Positions 30,986 to 41,087 of a stretch of 64,000 nt of DNA are shown here, piece by piece (position 1 is the stretch's first letter; every line of letters begins with the position of its first letter). The position numbers and the translations under genes were made by a program. The notes beneath the pieces are model-generated. The model made no database searches. It had not been told where the DNA came from and worked only from the letters and a program-made list of their open reading frames with translations. The stretch covers positions 1-64,000 of IMG/VR virus record IMGVR_UViG_3300047321_000238; one strand, given 5' to 3'.

Positions 30986-33934
30986 TTATTCAGTTATTGT
31001 GATGTTGTTTTTGATTTCTTTGATTTCATAAATTGGAACTATTGCATAGTCGATATTTATGATACCTAACTTAGTAGTTGCCTTGTCTAAGATTAGTTTG
31101 AAATCATATGCTTCGATTAAAGTTCCCTTGATTGTATCAAGTTGAGATTTAATAGCAGCATTTAATGAGTTTTGGTGTGATAAGTGATTTTGTTTACCAA
31201 TGAATGGTTCACAAGCTGATCTTATTAAACCTTCCATAGCATCTGAGATTCTTGAAGCAGACAATCTCTTGTATACTGAATCAGCAGGAGCCATAGTGAT
31301 ACCATCAGTTATAACCCAACCTTTTGTATAAGACTTCTTGATTGTTACAAAACCAGCAGTAGTTAAAAGTCCTAATTGGTAATTAGTGAACTCGTAAGTT
31401 AAGTCAGGGATTGTAATAGGTTGACAAGTAGATGATTGATCTAAAGGTAGACCAGAAACCATACCTGCATAACCAGCAGCCATATTTATTACAGTTGTGT
31501 AGTTACTGTCAGTAGTTAAAGAATATTGTCCAGTGATAACTGAAATCTTTCTACCTATTGGATATGGCATGTTGTTTTTATCTAACATGTTTGAACCATT
31601 TCCTTTTTTAGCAACTAGAGATGATACAAGTTTTAAAGCAACTAGTTCTTTAACTTTCTTTGTAATTGCATCTACACTTGTATCAAGTAAAACCTTAGTT
31701 CCTATCACACCGTGAGTTGGAGAAGTTTTTAATGAAGTGTAAGTACAATGTTGAGCTAAGTGTCTAGCGAAGTTATCATCAGTTCTGAAAGGTATTAATA
31801 GAGTAGTATCATAAGTTATTACTTTATTAACAAATGTGTCTGACAACTTAATTGCAGCTAATGCAGCTCCAGCTAATAAAACTCCTGTGTCGTCTCTCAT
31901 TATGTCTGAGATACATTCTTGAGATTTTAGTATATCTAGAACAGTTATTGTTAAGATCTTTTGGAAGTCTTTATCTTCAGTCAATAGGTCTACAACTTCA
32001 TCGATTGTTAAGAAGTCGAATTGGTTAGACTTGATAACTATATCGTTCATGTTGTAAGTGTTACTTACTGAAACTAAAAGCTTGTCTTCTTCAGTTGAGA
32101 AAACTTGATCTACTGTTCCCATTATTGCTACATCTAATGTTAAAGGATCTACTGCAGCTATAACGAATGAACCGTTACTTACACTTACAATTACATAACC
32201 TTTGCTGTTAATGTCAGTTAAAACTATTTCTTTGAAAGCATTGAATCCAAGTAATGGATTGCTTGTTAGTGTTTCATAGTCGTCACAAACATATATTTTT
32301 CCACCAGCTAATATTAATGAATCGAATAGTAAGTCTGTAGCTCCAACAACATCAGCAGTGTGCATACATGTTAACTTTCCATTAGTATAAGTGTATAAAA
32401 GATCTAATGGTGTAGCATAATCAGTTGTATCTCCAGTTACTAAGAATAAAGAACCTTCTTCGTAAACTTTAGATGCATCGATATCTGCAAAGTCTAATAA
32501 TGTAGCTTCTCTTACAGTTCTAGTAGAATATAAATCCGCTTTTACTGTATCTAAAGCTGTTACTTCAGCGTCAGTCATTTCTACGAATGATACAGTGTAA
32601 TCTCTAGTTTCTTTTAAGTCTTTTGAATCAACTTTAGCAGAAACAGATACAGCATCATTTAATAGTTTTACAGATTCAGTTTTAGCAAATTTGAATGCGT
32701 CAGCTTTAGGTAATGTTCCTTTTATTACTTGTTCAGCATAAACTTTAGTTAAAACTCTGTAGTTAGTATCTACATTTTCTAAAGTAGAATATATACCATC
32801 AGCTATTTCAGCTTTCTTAGTTGCTTTATCTGTAACTTCTTTAACCTTAGCTTTTATTTTCTTACTACCATCTGATAATGTAACTTCTTTAACATCGATG
32901 TAAGAATTAATAGCAAAACCTGCTCCTAATTTCTTATAAAGTTCAAAGTCAGCTATATCAACTTCTTCGTAATCTATTGAGTTCTTTAAGAAGTAATCAT
33001 CGATCATTCCTGCTGATTCTAAGAAATCAAATTGACCTACAGATGATATTCCTAATATTTCATTTAAGTTTGCGTCTTCAGAGTAAAGTGGTACATCTTG
33101 AGATACATTAGTGTTTAAAGTTAACTTCTTGTAGAAGATTCCTTCAAATCCAGTGTAAGGTATTCCATCTAATACTATGTCAGTTTTAGTTTCAGCGATT
33201 ACGCCTGTAGCGTTTGCACTTCTACCTACTGTGTAAAGACCTGGGAACATATCTCCAACTCTTAAACTCTTTGCATCGATAGAAGATAAAGTAACATCAT
33301 TACCGTCTTCATCAACGATAGCTAATCTAAGAACGTTATTGTAAGTATAGTTGTTTACTAATGAGATTAACTCAGTTAATTCAGTTTCAGCAGTTATACC
33401 GTTGCTATATAAATCGACAGTGTTAATTATTACTGAATCAGAAGATTCAACCACACCTTGTTTCTTTTCGTTTATAGTAGCTCTTTCTGATGGTTTGTAG
33501 ATTGTCATAGCCATTTCATAAGAATCCTTATTAAATAACATACTTAAATCTTTGTTTGAGTTAGATGGGAAAATACCACGAACTCTTAATTTAAGATTAG
33601 TATCTACAGCTAATTGATAATCTTTGTAGATGTCTTTACCAGATACTCTACATGCATAGATTGTTCTACAACCTCTGTCCCAAGCATCTTGGATGTTTGC
33701 AACTAAAGTAGTTTCTTTTCTAGAAGCAGAATCATATACTTGTCCAAATACATATTGTGAATGTTCTGGGCTATATACTTCTACAACTTTGCCTACTGGA
33801 CCATTGAATGCTGTACCTATAACCATAACAGAATCAGTAGTTCCAAATAAACTTGTGTCATACCCGCTTGAATAATCGCTTATAATTTCGGTTACAACTC
33901 CTGGTAATACAATGTCATCGTCAAATAAACTCAT
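30986..33934 (-). CDS. Tail sheath protein (982 aa)
   Basis: N-terminal LPGVVTE..VMVIGTAFNGP; C-terminal AAGYAG..DGITMA..EPFIGK..IVPIYEIKEI sheath signatures. Confidence 0.85.
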   Translation of the reverse strand: MSLFDDDIVLPGVVTEIISDYSSGYDTSLFGTTDSVMVIGTAFNGPVGKVVEVYSPEHSQYVFGQVYDSASRKETTLVANIQDAWDRGCRTIYACRVSGKDIYKDYQLAVDTNLKLRVRGIFPSNSNKDLSMLFNKDSYEMAMTIYKPSERATINEKKQGVVESSDSVIINTVDLYSNGITAETELTELISLVNNYTYNNVLRLAIVDEDGNDVTLSSIDAKSLRVGDMFPGLYTVGRSANATGVIAETKTDIVLDGIPYTGFEGIFYKKLTLNTNVSQDVPLYSEDANLNEILGISSVGQFDFLESAGMIDDYFLKNSIDYEEVDIADFELYKKLGAGFAINSYIDVKEVTLSDGSKKIKAKVKEVTDKATKKAEIADGIYSTLENVDTNYRVLTKVYAEQVIKGTLPKADAFKFAKTESVKLLNDAVSVSAKVDSKDLKETRDYTVSFVEMTDAEVTALDTVKADLYSTRTVREATLLDFADIDASKVYEEGSLFLVTGDTTDYATPLDLLYTYTNGKLTCMHTADVVGATDLLFDSLILAGGKIYVCDDYETLTSNPLLGFNAFKEIVLTDINSKGYVIVSVSNGSFVIAAVDPLTLDVAIMGTVDQVFSTEEDKLLVSVSNTYNMNDIVIKSNQFDFLTIDEVVDLLTEDKDFQKILTITVLDILKSQECISDIMRDDTGVLLAGAALAAIKLSDTFVNKVITYDTTLLIPFRTDDNFARHLAQHCTYTSLKTSPTHGVIGTKVLLDTSVDAITKKVKELVALKLVSSLVAKKGNGSNMLDKNNMPYPIGRKISVITGQYSLTTDSNYTTVINMAAGYAGMVSGLPLDQSSTCQPITIPDLTYEFTNYQLGLLTTAGFVTIKKSYTKGWVITDGITMAPADSVYKRLSASRISDAMEGLIRSACEPFIGKQNHLSHQNSLNAAIKSQLDTIKGTLIEAYDFKLILDKATTKLGIINIDYAIVPIYEIKEIKNNITITE

Positions 33935-33948
33935 TTAAATTTCCTCCT

Positions 33949-34596
33949 TTATTCTTGAGCTAAGATTTCAATTTCTTTAATCTTCTCTCTAAATATTACT
34001 GTTAGTTTTTCTATTTCTACATAGTAACAAAGATTTCTTACAGATAAAGTTTCTCGTAGTTTTTCGTGAACTTCATCGGTATAGTGTTTTTGAAAGAATA
34101 TCTCCGCAACACCATTCTTTTTAAAGAATCCTGTATACGATGTAATTAGCTCTTCAAACTTTTCCATTACCTCTTCAGCTTCACTATATACACTTGTAAA
34201 AATATTAAATTGGACAAGGCATTTAAATTTTTGGCCCCATACTTCACCTAATCTTTCATCTTCAGATGCATAAGCTGCTTCTACAATAGACTCTCTTATC
34301 CTAGGTTTTAATTCATTCTTTGGTTCTCTATTCTTTATCTTATAAGAGATAATAGGTTTTTCTATTTTCTTCATTGCATCTAATTGTAGAACCTTACCTT
34401 CATCAGGAATGAATATAACGTCCTTCATGGTTAAAGAAACTAACTTATCTACCATCTTAATGAAGTCAAATAGTGTTGCAGACTTATCTGCTTTCTGTGG
34501 GTAAGACTTGGTATTACTTTGTATAACATCTTTATCGTTAGAACTAATCTCTGACATATAATCTTTTTCTTTGAGCAGTGCTTCAAAGTTATCCAT
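33949..34596 (-). CDS. Probable tail terminator/completion protein
   Basis: Position before sheath; alpha/beta pattern QFNIFT..EAEEVMEKFEELI. Confidence 0.45.
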   Translation of the reverse strand: MDNFEALLKEKDYMSEISSNDKDVIQSNTKSYPQKADKSATLFDFIKMVDKLVSLTMKDVIFIPDEGKVLQLDAMKKIEKPIISYKIKNREPKNELKPRIRESIVEAAYASEDERLGEVWGQKFKCLVQFNIFTSVYSEAEEVMEKFEELITSYTGFFKKNGVAEIFFQKHYTDEVHEKLRETLSVRNLCYYVEIEKLTVIFREKIKEIEILAQE

Positions 34597-34599
34597 ATT

Positions 34600-35622
34600 C
34601 TAAACCTCCAATGTAACATTGATTTCTTCGATAGAGTTGTATGGTTTCACAGAAAGATATATATAGACAATAATTCTATGATCATTAGTTGTGGTATAAT
34701 TAATCTTTAAGATCTTGTATGACTCTATCAATACTTCAACAAAATTACTCATTATCTTATTTACTTTGTTTTCGATTTTTATTTGCATATAACTAGTGAA
34801 TAGTGTTCCAGAGAATTCAGAGAAGTCTAGTTCTCTTTTAATCTTCTGAATGATTAAGTGAATTGGTACGAATTTTTCTGGAGCAGGTTGAGTTCTGAAA
34901 TTTAAGAAATTCTCGATACTTGTTTTCGCTAATGTATCATATGCAAAATAAATAATCTCTTGTCCATAAATATCAAAGTTATTAATATCATAAACAACAT
35001 CGCCTATATCCATTTGGGGATAATATTTTAAATCACTTTGCATTAGAATACTTGCTAGAGCTACATTTGCAAAATTATATTTTTTCAAACAATTTAATAC
35101 AAAGCAAAAGTTATCTCCATACTGTATTTTATCTTTTGATGATTGTTTAAATAAGCTATTAATTGAATTCATTTCATCCAAGTATTGTTCGATGCCCTCA
35201 TATAGAGATGCATGCTTGTCTGTAAAAATTAATTGTGTAAGCTTGTCTCCAATTATATTACTGTACAATTCGCACAAATAAACTTCTTTATTTAAATTAG
35301 TTTCATAAGTTTCTGAAAAATTAAACAAAGGAGTAATGTATGCAAACTCTGTACTAGCAATTAAACCAAGCACATTAATGTAATCAGTAAATAGATAACA
35401 GTTGCAAAGATATATATTACGGGCCCCTAACGCATATGCTTCTTTAAATGCATAAGTTAAATCAGAATCTGCACCGTATAAGTATTCTACATCTTCAACA
35501 AGAACACACTTAACTATTTCTTTGTTTTTATATTCTGACTCTCCCTTACCTATGATAAGGAGAGCAGTCCCCATATCACTAGTTTCTGTTATTCTTTTGT
35601 CTGTAGTACTTAAGTTAACCAT
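34600..35622 (-). CDS. Short sheath-like paralog (340 aa)
   Basis: ALLIIGKG..LYG..AFKEAYALGARNIY and C-terminal VKPYNSIEEINVTL mirror both ends of the sheath. Confidence 0.5.
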   Translation of the reverse strand: MVNLSTTDKRITETSDMGTALLIIGKGESEYKNKEIVKCVLVEDVEYLYGADSDLTYAFKEAYALGARNIYLCNCYLFTDYINVLGLIASTEFAYITPLFNFSETYETNLNKEVYLCELYSNIIGDKLTQLIFTDKHASLYEGIEQYLDEMNSINSLFKQSSKDKIQYGDNFCFVLNCLKKYNFANVALASILMQSDLKYYPQMDIGDVVYDINNFDIYGQEIIYFAYDTLAKTSIENFLNFRTQPAPEKFVPIHLIIQKIKRELDFSEFSGTLFTSYMQIKIENKVNKIMSNFVEVLIESYKILKINYTTTNDHRIIVYIYLSVKPYNSIEEINVTLEV

Positions 35623-36101
35623 GGGAACTCTCCTTTCTGTGCATCAGTTAATTTATTATTTATGATGTGCATAAAATTCTTTAATACTTTATCATGATCT
35701 TCTGTTTTTAATACAGAAGTAACTTGCTTATGAGTTATCTCTCCACCTAGTCCTACCAATATGGCACTTCTATAAACATAATATATTTGACCTCTATCAA
35801 TGATATAGTTATTTTCCCAAAAATCATATTTGTTATCTACATAATAAGTTCTCATGATTCTTGAAGTCTTAGACGATAGTGTTGCTCCACCTTTCATCTC
35901 TTCATAACAAGCTCCTCGCATCTTCTTAATCTTAACTTTAAAACCAGTACCTAAACATTTCTTGCATGCAGGATCTGGTTGTTTAGTTGAATGATTAACA
36001 CAAGAGCATTTAAAGTTTTCATCTTGTTGAACTACAAAGAAGTTGTAAGCACATTGTTCTATAGTTTGTTTTATCTTATCAGTAAAGACAGCTGTTTGCA
36101 T
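35610..36101 (-). CDS. Head-tail joining/neck protein with Zn-finger
   Basis: CSC...CKKCLGTG cysteine cluster; position in neck region. Confidence 0.45.
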   Translation of the reverse strand: MQTAVFTDKIKQTIEQCAYNFFVVQQDENFKCSCVNHSTKQPDPACKKCLGTGFKVKIKKMRGACYEEMKGGATLSSKTSRIMRTYYVDNKYDFWENNYIIDRGQIYYVYRSAILVGLGGEITHKQVTSVLKTEDHDKVLKNFMHIINNKLTDAQKGEFPWLT

Positions 36102-36721
36102 TAGCGACCAACTCCTCTATCAAATTCAACTCCAACAGGTTGATTTATATAAGTACTAGGATAATATCCTTTAACTGCAGTTTGCATTTTAGCTCTACCT
36201 TCGTTATGGTATCCTTTTACTCCATCCATCCATTTATTAACTTCATCAAGGAAACTCTTTAGTAACTTAGAAATATCTCTATTAGTTTCTTTGTCTGCAA
36301 ATGTAACATCCCCAACCTTACCTGATATACCAACAGTAGTAGATTCTTGTACTGAGAAGTTTAATAGACATTCATGAGCAGCTCTATATTTTACAAATTG
36401 AGTTACTTCAAATGGAATATCGTTCTCATCTATCTTTCCACCTTTTATATATTCTGCGTACTTAGAAGCTTCTCTTATATTATAAAGTATAGTTGTATCT
36501 GGTACGCCAATATCAGCTATTAACGATTTAACTGCATTGATATCTGAAAAGATTGGAGATAATTTAGTATACAAAGTAAATGTCTTAGTTATTGTGTTTC
36601 CATTTAAGTCTTTAATGTTCTTGAGAGTTATCTCATAAATAGAATTATCTTTCCATCCCTTTTCAGGAATAATCTCTAAGTACTTATCTGTAGCATTTGA
36701 TTTGCATTTTACGAGTTCCAT
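36101..36721 (-). CDS. Probable head-tail connector/adaptor
   Basis: Ig-like N-terminus, helical core and KVGDVTF strand typical of connectors; position. Confidence 0.4.
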   Translation of the reverse strand: MELVKCKSNATDKYLEIIPEKGWKDNSIYEITLKNIKDLNGNTITKTFTLYTKLSPIFSDINAVKSLIADIGVPDTTILYNIREASKYAEYIKGGKIDENDIPFEVTQFVKYRAAHECLLNFSVQESTTVGISGKVGDVTFADKETNRDISKLLKSFLDEVNKWMDGVKGYHNEGRAKMQTAVKGYYPSTYINQPVGVEFDRGVGR

Positions 36722-37545
36722 TATCTCACGTCCTTTCTAGTTATCACTATGTTATCTATAGACATATCATTTAGATAATTGCTAAAAACTATAAGCATAC
36801 CTTCTTCAGGAGTAACTCCTTGCTCTGGATATTCTACAATAGTAAAAGGATCACTAATATCTATTTCTGGCTCTTCATCATCGCCTAGGTCCGTGTCTAT
36901 ATCGATATAGCCTGCTTCTTCATCGGTAGGAACAGCAGGAGTTATATCTTTACTTCCATATATAAATGAAATTGTTTCGCTCCATATACTGTAATTACTT
37001 TCGTCAACTTGAACTCTAGCTCTTATGAAGTACTGACCAGTTTCTTTTAAGAACATAATCATATTGTCTTTATCTATAGTTGCTTTATTTGTTACATTGA
37101 AAAAAGCATTGTCTGTAGCTACTTCTACATAGAATAAGTTAACTAAACTCTCAGGCATATCTGCAGTCTCTACTAATTTGATTTCTAGTTTTTGAATCTC
37201 TTCGAACACTGCAGGAGAAGTAATTTTAACTTCTGAAACTACATTGGAATCAAACTTGAGTCTCTTTTTAATGTTTGTATCTAATGAGTCATCTGTAACT
37301 GATGTTATTCCAGATACACCTAATATATAATCTGTATTAGGAATAGGCCATTCTTTTAAAGTTATTACTAAGCTTTCGAAATCTATATCGTAATCAAATA
37401 AGACAGGCGTCTTAGTCTCTCTTTCATATACTTGAATAATAATACCTTCGTTGTTGTTTTCATTAATAGCTTTATTCGCCGTCACTATAATTTGTTTGCT
37501 TTTAGTTATAGCATCTATACTTATAATAGAAAATTCTTGATACAT
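36721..37545 (-). CDS. Ig/FN3-like structural protein
   Basis: FYVEVATDNAF and GQYFIRARVQ...YSIWSE FN3-type motifs. Confidence 0.45.
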   Translation of the reverse strand: MYQEFSIISIDAITKSKQIIVTANKAINENNNEGIIIQVYERETKTPVLFDYDIDFESLVITLKEWPIPNTDYILGVSGITSVTDDSLDTNIKKRLKFDSNVVSEVKITSPAVFEEIQKLEIKLVETADMPESLVNLFYVEVATDNAFFNVTNKATIDKDNMIMFLKETGQYFIRARVQVDESNYSIWSETISFIYGSKDITPAVPTDEEAGYIDIDTDLGDDEEPEIDISDPFTIVEYPEQGVTPEEGMLIVFSNYLNDMSIDNIVITRKDVR

Positions 37546-37590
37546 TTAAATCACCCCTTCAAATAAAAAAAAGGGAAGTTGAGAAGAAGA

Positions 37591-38025
37591 TTACTCTTCT
37601 CTCTTCTTCCTTTTTGATTTAGGTTTTATATCTAATTCTGTTTCTTCAACTTCATTGATTTCAACTTCTTTAGCTTCTTCAACAATTTCTTCTACTGCTT
37701 CAACTTTTACTTCTTCTACAATAGGTTCTACTATTGGTTCTGCTACTATTTCTTCAACTGCTCTCTTAACTTCTTCTGCTTTAACTACTGGTGCAGTCAC
37801 TTTAACTTCTACCATTGGTGCAACTGGTGCAGCATCAACATTAAAGGATCCTGTAACTAAACTTAGAATCTTATTTGAAACAGCTCTTTTAATTCTGTCT
37901 GTCTTCATATAATCATATATATCTGTCATAGGATTGCCCATAGTAAGATGCGTACTAGTTAATTCATCATAGAAAGCAACTTGTCCTGGAGCAAGTCTTA
38001 CGACTGCTATTATCTTTGACATCAT
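37591..38025 (-). CDS. Hypothetical head-associated protein with acidic low-complexity tail
   Basis: ORF with RBS directly after the capsid gene; E/V/P-rich C-terminal half. Confidence 0.55.
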   Translation of the reverse strand: MMSKIIAVVRLAPGQVAFYDELTSTHLTMGNPMTDIYDYMKTDRIKRAVSNKILSLVTGSFNVDAAPVAPMVEVKVTAPVVKAEEVKRAVEEIVAEPIVEPIVEEVKVEAVEEIVEEAKEVEINEVEETELDIKPKSKRKKREE

Positions 38026-38053
38026 ATCACTCCCGTTTTAATATTTTTAAAAA

Positions 38054-38086
38054 GTTAGATAGAAAACATAATGCTCTCTACCTAAC
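38054..38086 (-). terminator. Probable terminator after major capsid gene
   Basis: gttagatagaaaacat/atgctctctacctaac imperfect hairpin plus minus-strand T-run. Confidence 0.5.
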
Positions 38087-38093
38087 ATAAACA

Positions 38094-39308
38094 TTATATT
38101 GTTTTTGTATTTACTGTGATAGTTGGTGGTACTGGATAAGATGGAGCAACTGCAATTCCCTTAGCAACTGTTATAGCTAGTCCATTATTCAAGATTCCGA
38201 TTCCATATCTTTCTTTACACTTAAGGTTTCTGATATCTTTTTCAGGATCAGTCCAGTTCTCAGTAGTTAATCCTTCTTTTTGAACGATAACTCCTACTTC
38301 AGATCTGTCTAAGCAATACATATCAAACTTCTTGTTTTGTTTGTCGAAACTAACAAATGGAGAGAAGTTCATAGTTAAAGGCATAGGTAATCTGTTTTGA
38401 ACTTGTTCTGGTTTCATTATAAGCTTTTGTCCATTACCATTAGCTTGAAGTCCAGCAAATCCTGGAGTTCCTTGTATTTGGTTGTTGAAGTGTACATCGT
38501 TACCGCCGAATGCTCCGTAGCTCATTCCGTTTCCGATCATACTGTTTCTAGCAAATACTACCCAAGTTAAAGGATGCATGATTACGTCTGTAGGAACAAA
38601 ACCGTTAGACATTACTGTTAAAGCCATATCTAAGAAATCTTCAACTGATAATGTATCGTTGTAATCTCCGTTTTCGTTTCTTCCTGTAGTTCCTGCTTCA
38701 GGTACTTGAGCTCTGATGTTGTTATTGAAAACTTGATGACAGTTAGATGAGAATGTATTGAATATCCATTCTTCTTTATATCTAGCCATAGCTTTACCCA
38801 TTTTTCTAACATTAAGACCTAAGATATCCCATGAGCTATCTGTAACAGCTTCTTCAGTTATAGCAACTCTAGTACCGATTTTCTTAACTCTGATTTCTAG
38901 AGTTGAGTTTTCGATAGTATTCATATCTACAACTTGTTCAGCGTATCTTCCGCCTTCTCCTACTTCGTGTGCATATAATTCACCAACAACTGGGATTACA
39001 TATACTGCTGAGTTTCCTCCTTCAACATTGATTGTTGAGAAAAAGTTTGTACCTAAATATTCAGGTTCTGCAGCTTCTCTTAATTTACCTTCGATTATTT
39101 TAGGAATTAATTTAATTGTATCAGTAGTAGTTAATGCTTCTTGTAAAGATGCTCTACCCTTTTGGAAATCTCCACCTAAATTTCTAACCATTTTTTCCAT
39201 AAGATCAATTGTCTTTGTTTCGATGCTAGGTTTCTTTCCTTCAGCAAGTTCAGCGTTAACAGTAGATCTCATAGTTTCTATTTTATTTAAAGTTTCTGTT
39301 AAATTCAT
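38094..39308 (-). CDS. Major capsid protein (HK97 fold)
   Basis: 404 aa; EVGEGG..Y, KKIGTRVAITEEAV, PTDVIMHPLTW and KERYGIGIL; follows protease and decoration genes; strongly biased codons. Confidence 0.85.
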   Translation of the reverse strand: MNLTETLNKIETMRSTVNAELAEGKKPSIETKTIDLMEKMVRNLGGDFQKGRASLQEALTTTDTIKLIPKIIEGKLREAAEPEYLGTNFFSTINVEGGNSAVYVIPVVGELYAHEVGEGGRYAEQVVDMNTIENSTLEIRVKKIGTRVAITEEAVTDSSWDILGLNVRKMGKAMARYKEEWIFNTFSSNCHQVFNNNIRAQVPEAGTTGRNENGDYNDTLSVEDFLDMALTVMSNGFVPTDVIMHPLTWVVFARNSMIGNGMSYGAFGGNDVHFNNQIQGTPGFAGLQANGNGQKLIMKPEQVQNRLPMPLTMNFSPFVSFDKQNKKFDMYCLDRSEVGVIVQKEGLTTENWTDPEKDIRNLKCKERYGIGILNNGLAITVAKGIAVAPSYPVPPTITVNTKTI

Positions 39309-39421
39309 CTTAATTTTTCCTCCTCATTATCTAATCATTTATATTTGTGGAAGTACACTCTCATGCACTTCTCACAACTATATTACTAATCAAATTTATT
39401 TTATTACTATTCTTATTGAAA

Positions 39422-41047
39422 TTATTTTTGTAATAATACTGATGCATATCCCATACATCCGTCCCAATCCATGAATGTTGGAACACCAGCTAGTCCACGT
39501 TTATTGAATTTAACATAAACATTTAATGGAGCAGTTAGAGTTTCAGCATGGAAAGCAGCTTTATCAGCAATTTCTAATACTAAGAATCCTTGTAATTCAT
39601 CCATGTACTTAACTGAAATTTCTTCAGTTGCAGTAGATGCAGCTCCTATGAAAGGTTTAAGTCCTTGTCCAGCCATTGTTACTGGTGTAAAGTCTGCGTC
39701 TACTAATTCAACAGCAGTCTTTGTAGTAACAGCGATTTGAACTGTTCCTTTTTCTACATTAACTTCAGACATCTTGTAGAACATATCAACATAAGCAGCT
39801 TCTGAAACAGCTTTCTTAATATCTCCAACGTTTTCTGGTCCGTAAGGTCTAGTAACAGCATTGTAACCATCAGTTAAACCTGGAATACCATTTTCTAATT
39901 GGTGTTCTAATCCGAATCTTAAGTCAGATTTTCTAGCACTAGATGCTAGCATGTGTAAGTCATGTTGAGTCATTGTTTGATCATATCCGTAACCTCTTGG
40001 ATCAAATGGATCTAATCCTGGAGTAGCTTGAGTACCACCGTTAACTGCTCCGCCACCGTTTGGTGCATAAGGAGAGTTTTCGTTAATATCTTCGCCTCTT
40101 CTGTTGTTTCCTCTCCACATGAAAGGATTAGTTTGATCGAAGTTCATTCTATCACTTAATGCCCATTGAGCATATTTAGCAGCACCTGCTGGTAATAGAT
40201 CTCTTGATACTGAGTAGATTTGTCCAACTAATTGTTGTCTTTCAACTTCAATTTGAGCAGCTGTTAAAGTAGCTAATACTTCAGCTCTACTTAATGGAGA
40301 AACTACGAATCTACCATTTTCATCTGATTTAAGTAAATCTCCTGGTAAGATGTTTCCGTAGATTGATCCCCATGGATTTGCTTCAGCTTTATCTTTTAAT
40401 GCGAATAAAGGTAATTCTACTAAAGCGTCTGTTAAAACAGCTCCTGGTTGCATACCATTGAATGCATCATCATCTCTAGTGTATTCATTTCTTGATATAA
40501 TACCTATTGGTTTATTAGCTGGTCTGTAATCGATAGTTGAAACTCCCGCAAGAGCAATCTTTCCAGTAGCAGCATCAGTAGTAATGTTTAATGCAGATAC
40601 ATCTACACTGTTAGAAACATAAACTTGTTCTCCACCAGCAGCAGCAACATATTTACCTGATACAGGTTCCCATGTTTTCTTGTCAGCTTTTAAAGAAACT
40701 ATAGATCCACCATTAGCTATTGTTAAAACATTATAAGACTTGTGCGTATCGAAATCTAATTGATTCATATGTGGATCAACTGCAACTAATCTACCTTTAG
40801 GCATAACTAATTGATTGTATCCAATTGCATATCCATATCTAAATAGTACTGGAAGTCTTCTATCCAATTCCCATTTGATATTTGGAACGTCATGTTCTGA
40901 AGTAGATAAATTCATGTTTGATCTATTTATTCTATCTTCGTCACCTCTGTAACCTGGTAAGTTCGATTTAAAAGTTTCTCCTCTAGCTCCAGGTTGTAAT
41001 GTATCCTTACCTTGATTTGTATATGGGTATAATGCCATATTGTTCAC
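39422..41047 (-). CDS. Abundant head structural/decoration protein (likely start ATG 41038)
   Basis: Between protease and capsid genes; highly biased codons; MPKGRLVAV and PGDLLKSDENGRFV motifs. Confidence 0.55.
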   Translation of the reverse strand: MNNMALYPYTNQGKDTLQPGARGETFKSNLPGYRGDEDRINRSNMNLSTSEHDVPNIKWELDRRLPVLFRYGYAIGYNQLVMPKGRLVAVDPHMNQLDFDTHKSYNVLTIANGGSIVSLKADKKTWEPVSGKYVAAAGGEQVYVSNSVDVSALNITTDAATGKIALAGVSTIDYRPANKPIGIISRNEYTRDDDAFNGMQPGAVLTDALVELPLFALKDKAEANPWGSIYGNILPGDLLKSDENGRFVVSPLSRAEVLATLTAAQIEVERQQLVGQIYSVSRDLLPAGAAKYAQWALSDRMNFDQTNPFMWRGNNRRGEDINENSPYAPNGGGAVNGGTQATPGLDPFDPRGYGYDQTMTQHDLHMLASSARKSDLRFGLEHQLENGIPGLTDGYNAVTRPYGPENVGDIKKAVSEAAYVDMFYKMSEVNVEKGTVQIAVTTKTAVELVDADFTPVTMAGQGLKPFIGAASTATEEISVKYMDELQGFLVLEIADKAAFHAETLTAPLNVYVKFNKRGLAGVPTFMDWDGCMGYASVLLQK

Positions 41048-41087
41048 TCTCCCTTAATTTTTTGTTATTAATATTTTTTAATAAGTT

